A stretch of DNA of 64,000 nucleotides from Squalus acanthias (Eukaryota). This document shows positions 12,151 to 23,990 of this stretch, one piece after another. The stretch covers positions 248,001 to 312,000 of the forward strand of contig CM059426.1 of assembly GCA_030390025.1 (NCBI GenBank). The letters are read 5' to 3'. The translations under genes were made by a program, and so were the position numbers. The notes beneath the pieces were generated by a model. It worked only from the letters and a program-made list of their open reading frames with translations, searched no databases and was not told the origin of the DNA. How positions within the stretch are numbered: the first letter of the stretch is position 1; each line of letters begins with the position of its first letter.

Positions 12151-14064
12151 GATGCACTGCCGTCACACCAAATGGGCCTGGCAGTACCAGGCATGCCCCA
12201 TAGCTAAATCGAAATGACATCACCCATAGAATAGATGCACCGCCAGCACATTTATGTCACTCGCTGATGGCTGCCAAGTCCAGAACAGTTAAATCAAAAG
12301 CATGGTCACCTGAGGTACATATATATCACAGGCAATGTCCTGTATATGCCGCAGTTATATAAGTGACATTACAGGTGTATTGCCAGACATGGCCAGTGGG
12401 TGACGTGATGAGGTTATACCCAACGATGGCACCATGCTGGCACCAGTGAACAAAGCTGGAGTTTGAACTTGGCAATGTTACAATTTGAACTTCGATGTTG
12501 AAGATTTAAAATCTGTTTCTCCTCTCCACACATAACCTCCTTAAAGGAAAATGTTGTTCATGCCAACTAGTTTTGTTGGAAACAACTTGAATACAAGTTG
12601 GGAACTGGACACATTATCTGAAGGCCCGAGTTCACTCCTTATAGTTACAATAGGTTTATAATATTTTTCAGGTTTACACCATGGAAAATTTTTATTTTAC
12701 TTTCCAGCACATCGTTTAGTCCAAATTGCATCTCTGTCATTTATGTTCATTGCTTGCGATGGAATTGACATTTGAAGTAAACTTGGCCATGCAAGCTCGC
12801 TAAGGCACCTGAGAAATGAGCTGCCCTCTGCACTTCAAAAATAACTTTGTATAGTTCAAACTCATTTTTAAAAGAGGCTTTGTATTTCTTTTGGTAAGGT
12901 ATGCTGCTTCCTTTATAAGTTAAAAGGGGATACTGTCTCTTTAAAAAGCAGCATGAAGATCACAATCAAGATTTCATGCTCGACTGAGCTCTGGTGATCC
13001 TTGAGGGCCGCCCCAGTCCTTTCCGCCTCCTCTTCTTTCCATTTCTCCGTGTTTTCACAGCTGTTGCACAGCTATTCCCACGAACCAGAGGACTGTCTTT
13101 GCAGCACCTGTCCTTTTTGAGGTTGGGGGGAAGGGGGTGAAGGGGCGGGTGGAAAGGAGAGACGGGGAAAGGAGGTAGAGGTTTAAATCTGTTCTGAACC
13201 CACTTTTAGGAGACACTTGTTACTGGCAGAAGAGGTTGCGCTGTGCCGCTGAGGAATCAAGTGCTTCTCGTATTATCACTTGTTTAGGGATCTGGCTAGG
13301 GTCTGGGAGGCCGAGCTGTTTTGAGTTAGTATCAAACATCTCACCATCTGTCTCCTGTGCTTCAATGATCTGCCAGCCGAGATTAATGCAGAGGGAAGAG
13401 ATGGGGGAGGGGGACTGGAGCCTGGAATCCTTTTCTCTGTATCTCAGCTTTCTGTCCCTATCTTTTGGATCAGTTTGATCTACACAAGTAAGCTTCTGGG
13501 AAACAAAATAGGTAATAGATTAAATCCTGGACTTCTGAGCATTATTTCCCCCCCACCCCCCCTCCCAATCCCAGTCTTCTATGGCTTCTTTCTTTTCTTG
13601 TTACTTTAGGACTCCTGATAAAATCATCAGTAACAGTAGGCTCCTATTTTTGAAAGGAATTAGTGTGGCCCTATACCATGACTCGAATGTTGCAGCTATA
13701 CTGCAGATATTAGTGTCTGTACAGTGCAATATTCGGGTGGCACACCCAGATTGTACTGCCAGTTGCACCACGATGCACTTTGCGCTGAATTTGGTGCTTA
13801 GGACCTCTGTGTGTGTGCTAAGGTTAGGAGAGGGAGCTCAGAGTTCCTCGTCACTAAACGCAGCAATGTGCAGCTGACAGTATAACTCAGGCTCAACACC
13901 AAACTCTACTGACTGCTCTCTGCAGTATAACCACAACATTGGAGTCTTTACCTAAGGTCACAGAAGTTCCACAAAAAAAAAACCATTAAGTAAATTTATA
14001 AAGTTCCCAGGAAGCCCAATGGATAACCCGGCATATTGAAGATGGAAGATCCACTGCACCAGTT

Positions 14065-14515
14065 AAGAAAAGAAAGAATTTGTATTTTTTTTGCACTTTA
14101 ATCATGTCTCTCCGCACGTCACAAAGCAATCAAATGAAATGAATTACTTTTTGAAGGGCAGTCACTGTTGTTATGTGGGTAAACCTATTTTGCACACAGC
14201 AGGGTCCCACATGGGAAATGAGAATAATAATAACCAGCTAAACTGTTTCTGGTTGAGGGAGGGGGACTGGAGACGGGCCATCTCTCTGCTCTTCTTCAAC
14301 TTGTGCGTGTGATCTTTCATATCCACCTGAAGAGGCAGGCAGGGCCTGCAGTTTAATGTCTCATCAACAGAACAGCACCTCTAACAATGCAGCTTTGCCT
14401 CAGTACTGCACTCAAATATCAGACTAAAATTATGTATTCAAGTTCTGGAGTGGGAATGCGAACCCACAATCATCTCACTCAGAGATGAGAATACTACCAA
14501 CTGAGTCACTGCAGA
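14065..14515 (-). mobile_element. Deu-domain SINE (SacSINE1-like), decayed
   Basis: Collinear reverse complement of the 16060-16530 copy. Confidence 0.75.
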
Positions 14516-15879
14516 CTTCAAAAGTTAGCCACTTCCAAGCCACTTTTGCCTCAAAACAGGATTTCATCAATTTACGAATGGCAGTATAATGGCAAGCTTA
14601 AATTTCTAAAATTTATTAAATGATTATTTAAAAAAAAATAAAGCTTCTGAATCTTTATCCTTTGCGTTTCTATCTTTTTATTTCCACGTTAAGAACACAC
14701 AGCGGGTGGGTGGCAGGGGGTAAACGCAGTTAAGGGCCAAATTCACAGATTTGATCGAATCAGCCAGAGTTGTATGGTTGTTACCCCAACCTGCAGTGCA
14801 TGATCCTCGTGTTCCAGCCCCAAATGTTAATGGATCCCCGGGATATCAATCAGTGCTGAAGTACTTGAGGTGTCATTGAGTTTCCCAGCTCTTTCTCCAT
14901 TATCTCTGGAATTTCAGTCACTGGCTCTGGGATCCTGACAAAGCTTGTCACCAGGACCATTACTGGGGATTAGGATGAGAGGACACTTACAGGAAATGCT
15001 GCTGCATTCTGAAAATAGATTTGGAAAATGTGTCAGACCTAATTTTTTTTACATGTGAGGTATTTGCAGTGCAATCATCTTTGACACCTTTCCTTTTTCA
15101 GAACATGTCACAATGAAGCCCAGGAACAAAGCAAGGCCAAAGGTCATCTGTGCCTTAAAATCCCCCAAGAGCTTAAGGATAGGAGGCAACATATTTTCAG
15201 ATGTAAAGATTAAATTTTTCTTTTCCTGAAAAAAAATCTATTGAAAAGTGATTGTAAAGTAGCCTAGAAGATTGAAAATATGGTTAAATACTCTTGTGTC
15301 AGGGCCCATAAACACAGGTCACAACACAGCCCACAGTGGTATGTGAGGAGCAATGGCACCAGGCTTAAATAAACAAACATCCCCAGGTGTGCGTACTTAG
15401 TAGTTTGCTGGGAATGATACGTCATATCACTAAGAATTTTAAATATGAAGAATGTTGTGTTGTTTCTTTTCCAATAGATTTTGCCAAGTCCCAAACTAGA
15501 CAAGAGGGATGAATAGGGGTGGAGCAAGGATGGGATCATTGTTTGAGTTGTGAGGTTTGTTTCATCGGTAATTGGAAACCTCAATATCTAGCACTTCAAC
15601 AGCAAACACTTCTACATCACAAGGCACAGAAGTAAATGTTTGAAGTAAACTTAAATCTTAAAAATGTAACCTTTGGTGATTTTAGAAATTAATCCTGACA
15701 GCCAGAAATCTCAAAAAACCAAACTGTCTAACAAACAAAACAGATTGATGGCAGCTTTCTTATTTCCCAAAATATATAGCAATATATTAAAACACTTGTG
15801 TAGGACATTCACTTCCTGTCCACAACCTTACTGCCTGCTGTCATGATATTTTTGTTCATGTTTTTCTGTCAACATTTCC

Positions 15880-16045
15880 CATTCAACATCACTAAAACAG
15901 ATTATCTGGTCATTATCTCATTGTTGTTTGTAGGACCTTGCTGTGCGCAAATTGGCTGCCGCATTTCCTACATTACAACAGTGGCTACACTTCAGAAATA
16001 CTTCATTGGCTGTGAAGCGTTTTGGCATTGCAAGTTCTTTCTTTC
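15880..16045 (+). mobile_element. Deu-SINE 3' half
   Basis: aacatcactaaaacagattatctggtcatt...tgcaagttctttcttt. Confidence 0.8.
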
Positions 16046-16059
16046 TTGTTTCAGTTTCA

Positions 16060-16530
16060 TGTCAGCCGTGGCTCAGTGGGTAGCACCCTTGCCTTCTGAG
16101 TCAGAAAGTTGTGGGTTCAGGTCCCACTACAGGGACTTGAGCACAAAAATCTAGGCTGACACTCCAGTGCAGTACTGAGGGAGCGCTGCACTGTCGGAGG
16201 TGCCGTCTTTTGGATGAGATGTTAAACCGAGGCCCCGTCTGCTCTCTCAGGTGGACGTAAAAGATCCCATGGCACTATTTCGAAGAAGAGCAGGGGAGTT
16301 ATCCCCGGTGTCCTGGCCAATATTTATCCCTCAATCAACATCACTAAGAACAGATTATCTGGTCATTATCACATTACTGTTTGTGGGAGCTTGCTGTGTG
16401 CAGATTGACTGGCATGTTTTCCTACATTACAACAGTGAATACACTTCAAAAGTACTTCACTAGCTGGAAAGCGCTTTGGCACATCTGGTGGGTATGAAAG
16501 GCGCTATATAAATGCAAGTCTTTCTTTTTA
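16060..16530 (+). mobile_element. Full-length tRNA-derived Deu-domain SINE (SacSINE1-like)
   Basis: A box tggctcagtggg, B box ggttcaggtcc, Deu core gatgagatgttaaaccgagg...aaagatcccatggcact...cccggtgtcctggccaa, L2-like tail gctatataaatgcaagtctttc. Confidence 0.9.
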
Positions 16531-16702
16531 GTTTTGCTATGTCAACAATCATGATGTAATTGCAGGCTCTGGCCACTGGGGGCTCTGTGGAGTTAGTTTC
16601 TGAAGTTCTCTCCCAACTCTGCCACCATCCTGTATGCCAAAAATTATATATTCATCAACTGACCTTGCCATGGGCAATTTACTAGTAGAATTTAAAAGTA
16701 TA

Positions 16703-17453
16703 GGGGTAAAAATTGAGTCGCGCCCCATTTGGGGCGCTAACCTCGCCGGGGCGCGACTTTTAGCGCCCCGAAAAAATTAGCGGCCCCGCGCCGGAACTTC
16801 AGTGGTTGCGCCCCAAGAGGGAAGCGGGGCGCCACTGGAAGCACCCCGCATCCCTCTTGGGGCGCTGCGAGGGAATATCCTGGCGCTACGGCACGTCGCG
16901 CCGCGGTATTGCAGGCCTTCCTCCCCTTCTTAAAGGGGAGGGACCCTGCGCAGCGCGAACCGGGGCCCAGCTGGGCCCCCAGGGATCGGGAGTGCCGGCA
17001 AAAGAGCCCGGCACTCAAGAGAAGTGCCGGGCTCTTGGAGCGCAGCCGGCACTTCACGGTGGGGGGGCTTCACGGGGGCCGGGGACAGCAACGGGGGCAG
17101 GTGCTGGCAGGCGGCCAGCAACAAAAATGGCCGCCTGCCACCTCCCCTTTAAATATCGCCGCCCCGGCCGCACGTACGCCTCCCTGAACCCGTCGGACAT
17201 AGCGTCTGGCGGTAAATCAGGGGGCGCGACTGAAGATCACGGCCGGGGCGCGAGCGGGGTGCTGCGCACGGCGATGACGTCATCGCCGGCGGCGCAGCGC
17301 CACAGGGCGCTACCGGCTGCCGCCGCCGCTAACCTCCCGCTGAATTTTTCGGGAGGCGTGGGCGGCGCTGCGCCCGGGCGTTAGCTGCTTTACGCCCCAT
17401 TAGCGCCCTCTTAAGGCGCTAACGGGAGGCGCAAGCAGCTGAATTTTTCCCCC
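16703..17453. mobile_element. GC/CpG-rich PIF/Harbinger-like non-autonomous element (MITE)
   Basis: TIRs ggggtaaaaatt / aatttttccccc; 3-bp TSD ata at 16700-16702 and 17454-17456; many subterminal gcgcccc/ggggcgc motifs. Confidence 0.8.
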
Positions 17454-17512
17454 ATAATGTTTTATACTATGACCCCTAGTGCTCCAGCCATAATTATGTC
17501 CTTTCCAAGTAA

Positions 17513-18913
17513 CCCCGCTATTCAAGAAAGGAGGGAGAGAGAAAACGGGGAACTACAGACCTGTTAGCCTCACATCAGTAGTTGGGAAAATGCTGGAATC
17601 TATTATAAAGGATGCAATAACTGGGCACTTAGAAACTAATAGTAAGATTGGATTTATGAAAGGGAAATCCTGTTTGACAAACCTACTGGAGTTCTTTGAG
17701 GATGTAACTAGTGGAGTAGACAAAGGGGAACCGGTAGATGTGGTGTATCTAGATTTTCAGAAGGCCTTCGATAAGGTCCCACACAAGAGGTTGGTGAACA
17801 ATATTAGGGCACATGAAATTGGGGGTAATATACTAGCATGGATTGAGAATTGGTTAACAGACAGAAAACAAGGAGTAGAGATAAACAGGTCTTTTTCAGG
17901 ATGGCAGGCTGTGACTAGTGGGGTACCGCAAGGATCGGTGCTTGGACCCCAGCTATTCACAATCTATATCAATGATTTGGATGAGGGGACTAAATGTAAC
18001 ATTTCCAAATTTGCTGATGATACAAAGCTAGGTGGCAGTGTCAGTTGTGAAGAGGATGTGAAGAGGCTTCAAGGGGATCTCGACAGGCTCAGTGAGTGGG
18101 CGAGAACATGGCAGATGGAATATAATGTGGATAAATTTGAAGTTATCCACTTTGGTAGAAAAAACAGAAAGGCAGAGTATTTCCTAAATAGTGAAAGATT
18201 AGGGAATGCAGATGCTCAAAGGGACCTGGGTGTCCTTGTACATGAGTCACTGAAAGTGAATGTGCTGGTATGCTGGTCTTCATTACAAGAGGATTTGAGT
18301 ACAGGAGTAAATAAGTCTTACTCCAATTATATAGGGCCCTGGTGAGACCACACCTGGAGTACTGTGTACAATTTTGGTCTCCTTACCGAAGGAAGGATAT
18401 ACATGCCATAGAGGGAGTGCAACGAAGGTTCACGAGATTGATTCCTGGGATGGCGGGACTGTCGTATGAGAAGAGATTGAGTAAACTAGGCCTGTATTCT
18501 CTTGAATTCAGAAGAATGAGAGGGGATCTCATTGAAGCATACAAAATTATTACAGGGCTTGATAGGGTGGATGCTGGGAGAACGTTTCCCTTGGCTGGGG
18601 AGTCTAGAACCAGGGGCCACAGCCTCAGGATAAAGGGTAGGCCATTCAGGACTGAGATGAGAAGAAATTTCTTCACACAGAGGGTGGTGAATCTTTGGAA
18701 TTCTCTACCCCAGAGGGCTGTGGAGGCTCAGTCATTGGGTATATTCAAAACAGAAGTCGATAGATTTCTGACTAGTAAGGGCATCAAGGGATATGGCGAT
18801 CGGGCCGGTGAATGGAGTTGAGGCAGAAGATCAGCCAGGATCTTATTGAATGGCGGAGCAGGCTCGAAGGGCCGAATGACCTATTCCTGCTCCTATTTCT
18901 TATGTTCTTATGT
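17513..18913 (+). mobile_element. 5'-truncated CR1 LINE with disrupted RT (pseudogene)
   Basis: ORFs 17590-18345 and 18342-18821 are consecutive parts of ORF2 with a deletion/frameshift near 18260; QHGF motif partly deleted; TSD aagtaa at 17507-17512 and 18914-18919. Confidence 0.92.
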
Positions 18914-19165
18914 AAGTAAGTGTAGCCCTCCGATCTTTTTACTGCCAATAGATTTTTGAGATGCTCTGGTTTACAGGTTGCAGCTTCGCACAGAGATTGT
19001 GACCTGAAAATACAAGGTGTAACTTGTGACAGATGTTATCAGCTGCTGGCTCTATAAAAATCCCTGGCATGAGGACAAGATGCGGAGATGCCGGTGTTGG
19101 ACTGGGGTGGACAAAATTGAGAGGTCGCACAACACCAGGTTATAGTCCAACAGTTTTATTTGAAA

Positions 19166-19197
19166 TCACAAGCTTTCGGAGCTCCTTCCTCAGGTGA
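19166..19197 (-). ncRNA. Hammerhead motif with stem II loop deleted
   Basis: UCAC CUGAGGA A GGAG-CUCC GAAA GC UU GUGA. Confidence 0.55.
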
Positions 19198-19527
19198 AGT
19201 AAATTAGATACAGAATCGCCAAAGCATATATAGATAGAGAACAAAGCATGTGTACCTTACAATTGCAGACCACTAAATTAAATCATCCTGACTATCTGCC
19301 GAGGTGTGATAAAGTTAATCAAGTCAGCCAGGAAGGTACCACATCAAAGACATAGCAAGATACAACTGAGACAATAAGGTGTAGTCGCAGGGGTTCTAAC
19401 GTGTCAAAAGCTGCCGTCTGTATGTAAAACGAAAAGCTTTAAAATTTTTACTTTTTTACTGGGAAAATTTTTACTTTTTTACTGGGAATCACATCTGTGA
19501 ACAAGCCAACGACGACTCGAGTCCGGA

Positions 19528-19799
19528 TCACGTCATGTATCGTGACATAAACCCAAGATCCCGGTTGAGACCGTCTTCATGAGTGCGGAACTTGGCTATC
19601 AGTTTCTGCTCGATGATTTTGCGTTGTCGTGTGTTTCTAAGGTTGCCTTGGAGAACGCTTACCCGCAGATCCGAGGCTGAATGTCCTTGACTGCTGAAGT
19701 GTTCCCCGACTGGGAGGTAACAATCCTGCCTGGCGATTGTTGCGCGGTGCTCGTTCATACGTTGTCTCAGTGTCTGCATGGTCTCGCCAATGTACCATG
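19528..19799 (-). pseudogene. GIY-YIG endonuclease fragment of a Penelope-like element
   Basis: YIGET, R-x-x-EH, conserved E and terminal GLN motifs. Confidence 0.85.
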
Positions 19800-20184
19800 A
19801 TGAGGACAATACACCTCGTTTCACGGTGCATAAAAGCAACAAGTTCTTTCAACACCTAGCAGTGGTGACTTCCTGCATTTCAGCCCATGTCTTTGATTGC
19901 CAGGAGCCAAGGTGACAGGCGTCAGTCACTATCTCCAGTACACAATCCACACATTATGCAGAAGTGATCACCATTGTGTAAAAAGAAACAATGGATGATG
20001 AGGTGGGTGGGTGGGGAGGGGGATGGGGAGAGGTGAGATTTCTCACACTGATAAAATGTAATGAAATTAAACATGATGCGGAAATTAAACAGCCAGCTTT
20101 TAGTATAACTTTATTGTTTCTTTAAGTAAAATAATTGATGCAGGATTGTTGTTATAGTCACTGGATATTATCATTATTACCAGC

Positions 20185-20505
20185 TCTAGTGTTTCCACTG
20201 GTAGGCACGTCGGTAACCCGAGGACACAAATTTAAGATAATTGGCAAAAAATCCAGGGGTGAAACAAGAATTTATTTTTATGCAACGAGTTATGATGATC
20301 TGGAATGCAGTACCTGAAAGGGTGGTGGAAGCAGATTCAGTAGTACCTTTCAAAATGGAATTAGATATATACTTGAAAAGAAGAAATTTGCAGGGTTAAG
20401 GGGAAAGAGCAGGGGAGTGGGACTAATTGGACAGCTCTTTCAAAGAGCCGGCACAGACACAATGGGCCGAATGGCCTCCTTCTGTGCTGTATGATTCTTT
20501 GATTC
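20185..20505 (+). mobile_element. CR1 3' fragment
   Basis: FPLVGTSVTRGHKFKIIGK; 3'UTR ending tatgattc. Confidence 0.85.
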
Positions 20506-20609
20506 GAGTAATTCAACATGAGCTGTTACCATGAGTTATGGAAAAGCCTCCAAAAGTCCAATTGTGTTGAAAGTATATATGATGGCCTTGCGGGGTTCTT
20601 GTTTGCCAT

Positions 20610-21297
20610 GTCAGCTGTGGCTCAGTGGGTAGCACACTTGCCTTTGAGTCAGAAGGTTGTGGGTTCAAGTCCCACTCCAGGACTTTGAGCACATAAAGCT
20701 AGGCTGACACTCCAGTGCAGTACCGAGGGAGTACTGCACTGTCAGTGGTGCTGTCTTTTGGATGAGACGTTAAACCGAGGCCCCGTCTGCTCTCTCAGGT
20801 GGATGTAAAAGATCCCATGGCACTATTTCGAAGAAGAGCAGGGGAGTTCTCCCCCGGTGTCCTGGCTAATATTTATCCCTCAGTCAACATAACAAAAAAC
20901 AGGTTATCTGGTCATTATCACATTGCTGTATGTGGGAGCTTGCTGTGCACAAATTGGCTGCCGTGCTTCCCACATTACAACAGTGACTGCACTCCAAAAA
21001 GTACTTCTACAAAAAGAAAATACTGCAGATGCTGGAAATCTGAAATAAAAACAGAAAATGCTGGAGATACTCAGCAGGTCAGGCAGCATCTGTGAAGAGA
21101 GAAAAACAGAGTTAAAGTTTCAGGTCGATGATCTGAAACGTTAACTCTGTTTCTCTCTTCACAGATGTTGCCTGACCTGCTGAGTATCTCCAGCATTTTC
21201 TGTTTTTATTCCAAAAAGTACTTCATTGGCTGTAAAACGCTTTGAGACGTCCGGTGGTCGTGAAAGGCACTGTATAAATGTAAGGCTTTCTTTCTTT
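20610..21297 (+). mobile_element. Full-length Deu-SINE interrupted by a Penelope hairpin
   Basis: A and B boxes, Deu core; the SINE resumes at 21210 after a duplicated site. Confidence 0.9.
21008..21209. mobile_element. Penelope family A inverted (palindromic) pseudo-LTR insertion
   Basis: Long inverted arms; 15-bp TSD tccaaaaagtacttc at 20993-21007 and 21210-21224. Confidence 0.9.
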
Positions 21298-21299
21298 TA

Positions 21300-21910
21300 A
21301 AGGAAAATTAGCTCGGATTCTTCACTGTGATCTCGACGGAATCACAGCGGTGAATGAAGGAAAAATGCAGGCGGTGAGGCCCAACCTGTATTTCTCTCCT
21401 CCTGCCCCTGTTGGGAACACCACTGGCTTTATCCTTTCTCACCCTTTGCATGCAAGTGCCGACAGACTTGGGTCACCATTGGATTTCCTTTGCGGCTGCT
21501 TGTGTTATGACAAAGCGGAAGGTGGCGGGTGGTCGGCCCCGGGCAGCGATGGTGACAGCCCTGAGGACCCCACATGGAGGGAGGGGGTTGGGGGGGAGCC
21601 CTGGAGCAGCCTCCTCTCCCTCCGGTCCAGCCACCAACACTTCTCAGTGACAGCTCTGGTCTTCGGCGGGCCACCCATTCCAATCTTCAGGACGCTTCTG
21701 CCCCTATAATAAGGCCCCTCACCAGTTCTTCTGGTGCAACAGCGGAGTCCTTGTTGCAGCACCATTGAGATTCTGATTTTCACACTGACGGCCCCCCCCA
21801 TTGGCGGGAATCCTGCTGAGAGACGGCTGTTCATCGCCGATGAGACATAACCCGGGAAAATGAGTCAGGATTTGGGCAGGTGGAAGGGCCACCTTTTAGG
21901 AACTTTATTC
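21300..21910. mobile_element. GC-rich repeat, possibly a decayed Harbinger-like MITE
   Basis: Abrupt GC/CpG-rich block of similar style to the other MITEs; termini not resolved. Confidence 0.35.
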
Positions 21911-22484
21911 TCAAGAGGAGAAGCCTGTTAAAGCATTCTTTAATCACGAGTATATATAAGGGGCAACTTTATAACTCCTTATCTCCAGCAGGTGAGGCAC
22001 CCCCACTGACAGAGACAAATTGGAAAATTATCCCTTTCATGTCTAATTAATTGCTAGGAAACAAAGCCCGATTACAGGCATTTCAAAGGTTCACACAACC
22101 TGCCTCCAATCACTCAGTGGATAAGGCAATGCCGAGTGTGGTGACAGATCAGAAGGTCCCAAGTTTGTTACCTGGCCTTATGCTGGGCACCAGATCAGGG
22201 CCCAACAATGGTCTCAATGCACCTGAACGAGGGTCGGGAAAGACAAACAATGTTTTCTGCTTTTGAATGCTATCCATCCATGCGTCCTGCTGCAAATTGC
22301 ACCTGTGTGGATGTTAGATGAGATCAAGGAGGTAGTTTAGCTGTGAGATCTACCAATGTTGAGTAGCTGAGCTTCATACATGAAGAATGCTCCCCTGCCA
22401 GCTTGTATGTAGCTATGGGGAGGAGTTTGGAAGGGGGGGAGGGGGGGAGGGAGTTTTCCCTGATGCCCACTGTGACAGCATATT

Positions 22485-22710
22485 TTATGTAGAATTACAT
22501 AGAATGTACACCACAGAAACAAGCCATTCGGCCCAACTAGTGTATGCCAATGGTAATGCTCCACATGAGCCTCCTCCCACCCCTCTTCATCTATCCTTCT
22601 ATTCCTTTCTCCCTCGTGTTTATCTAGCTGCCCCTTAAATGCATCTATGCTATTCGCCTCAACAATGCTTGCGAGTTCCAAATTCTAGCCACTCTCTGGG
22701 TAAAGAAGTT
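22485..22710 (-). mobile_element. CR1 3' stub
   Basis: Reverse complement of the 11920-12150 sequence. Confidence 0.8.
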
Positions 22711-23404
22711 ATTTGAACAATGTTTTTGGAGTATGACAGCCCCAGATTATGAAGTGAGCTTGCCCCACCGACTACAGATCGAGGTGGCAGTGGCCCTTTA
22801 AAACATTGTTTTGAACCTTGGCAGAAACCACTCGAACAAGAGCACGACTGTCAATTTGCCAAATCCTGGCTGTGCGTCAACTGGGGGCTGTTTTCTTTCC
22901 TGCGATAGCACAGAATGGGCCCTCTGAGGGTTGAAGTGATGGGAAATGTGTGGTGTGGTGACAATCCTGCAGATCGATCCTGCGGAACAGCTGGGTTTTC
23001 TTCCCAGTTCTTTCCACATCACCATCCTCTGCACTGTTTACTTCATGATGAGGTTGAAAGGGATTGCAGTAAGCTCATTACATTTTACGACCACACATCA
23101 GTCCCTTTAGGTTGATGAGAAGCATTTGCAGGTAATTTCGAAACAGCTTTCAAAGGCAGGAGTGATCAAACACTCCTCCTCCACTAATAACACTCACTGT
23201 ATTGATTGTCTGTTTTGTTCGCTAAGCAAATAGAAGTGCAATAAAGTTTCAAGGACTTTGAACTAATTGAACCAAAGAGGTTTTGCTGATGTTAGTAAAA
23301 TGTTGCACTTTGCAAATCGAACTTGCCCCACAACTGTTCGATCACATTTCTTTACAATCTTTGACATTGGGTTTATTCAACTTAAAGCATGGAAAAGAGA
23401 CAGG

Positions 23405-23990
23405 GTCATTCAACAACAACTTCCATTCATTCATACAGTGCCTTTCCATTTCGTGAAACCATTCCAAGGCACTCTAGAAAGGAGCTGGAATAGGGAGGTT
23501 AGGGGAAATGACTGGAGGCGAGGACAAAGACGGGCGTTTCTTTCAGAGGCTTTTGAGGTTGGGGAGAGAGATACAGCAAGCCGGGGGAGTTTAGGGGAGA
23601 ATTCCAGAGTGCAGGACCATGATGTCCGAAGGCTCTGCCACCAATCACAAAGGTGACAATGGTAAGTGCCATTCGGCCCATCTATCTCGTTCATCGTTAG
23701 AGTGGAGGGTACGAGCTGAGGCATGGGGTCACAGAAGGTTGCACAGGTGGACCGGAGCAAAACCATGGAGGGATTTGATGAAGATTTTGAAAGCAATGTC
23801 CTGGAGGATTGGGGGTGGGGCGGGTGGACGCCAGTGGAGGCTGGCGAAGACTGCAGCGATGGGGCAATCAGGACTTTGTACGGGCAGGGTTGCAGGCTGC
23901 AGAGTTTGAGATGAATTGGAGTTTGTGTACAGCAGGAGATCAGCTATGAGGGCATCGGAAAAGGTGACAAAGTCATCGATGTGGATCAAG
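23405..23990 (-). mobile_element. L2 LINE 3' remnant
   Basis: SLHWRP...FKIFIKSLHGFAPVHLCNLL and GGRAF...PALWNS peptides; (caa)n tail at ~23410. Confidence 0.8.

Larger units (their letters stand above)
19079..19799 (-). mobile_element. Penelope-like family B, 5'-truncated (GIY-YIG C-terminus plus pseudo-LTR)
   Basis: YIGETMQTLRQRMNEH...HF...EQKLI...GLN; 10-bp TSD atgaggacaa at 19069-19078 and 19800-19809. Confidence 0.9.

Noticed and set aside
16060-16135. tRNA gene
   Set aside because: The A and B boxes belong to the SINE head and continue into the Deu domain; no complete cloverleaf. The same applies to the other copies.
16806-17384. 192-aa ORF or host CpG-island promoter
   Set aside because: Lies wholly within a TIR/TSD-bounded MITE; the openness is explained by GC richness and no domain is recognisable.
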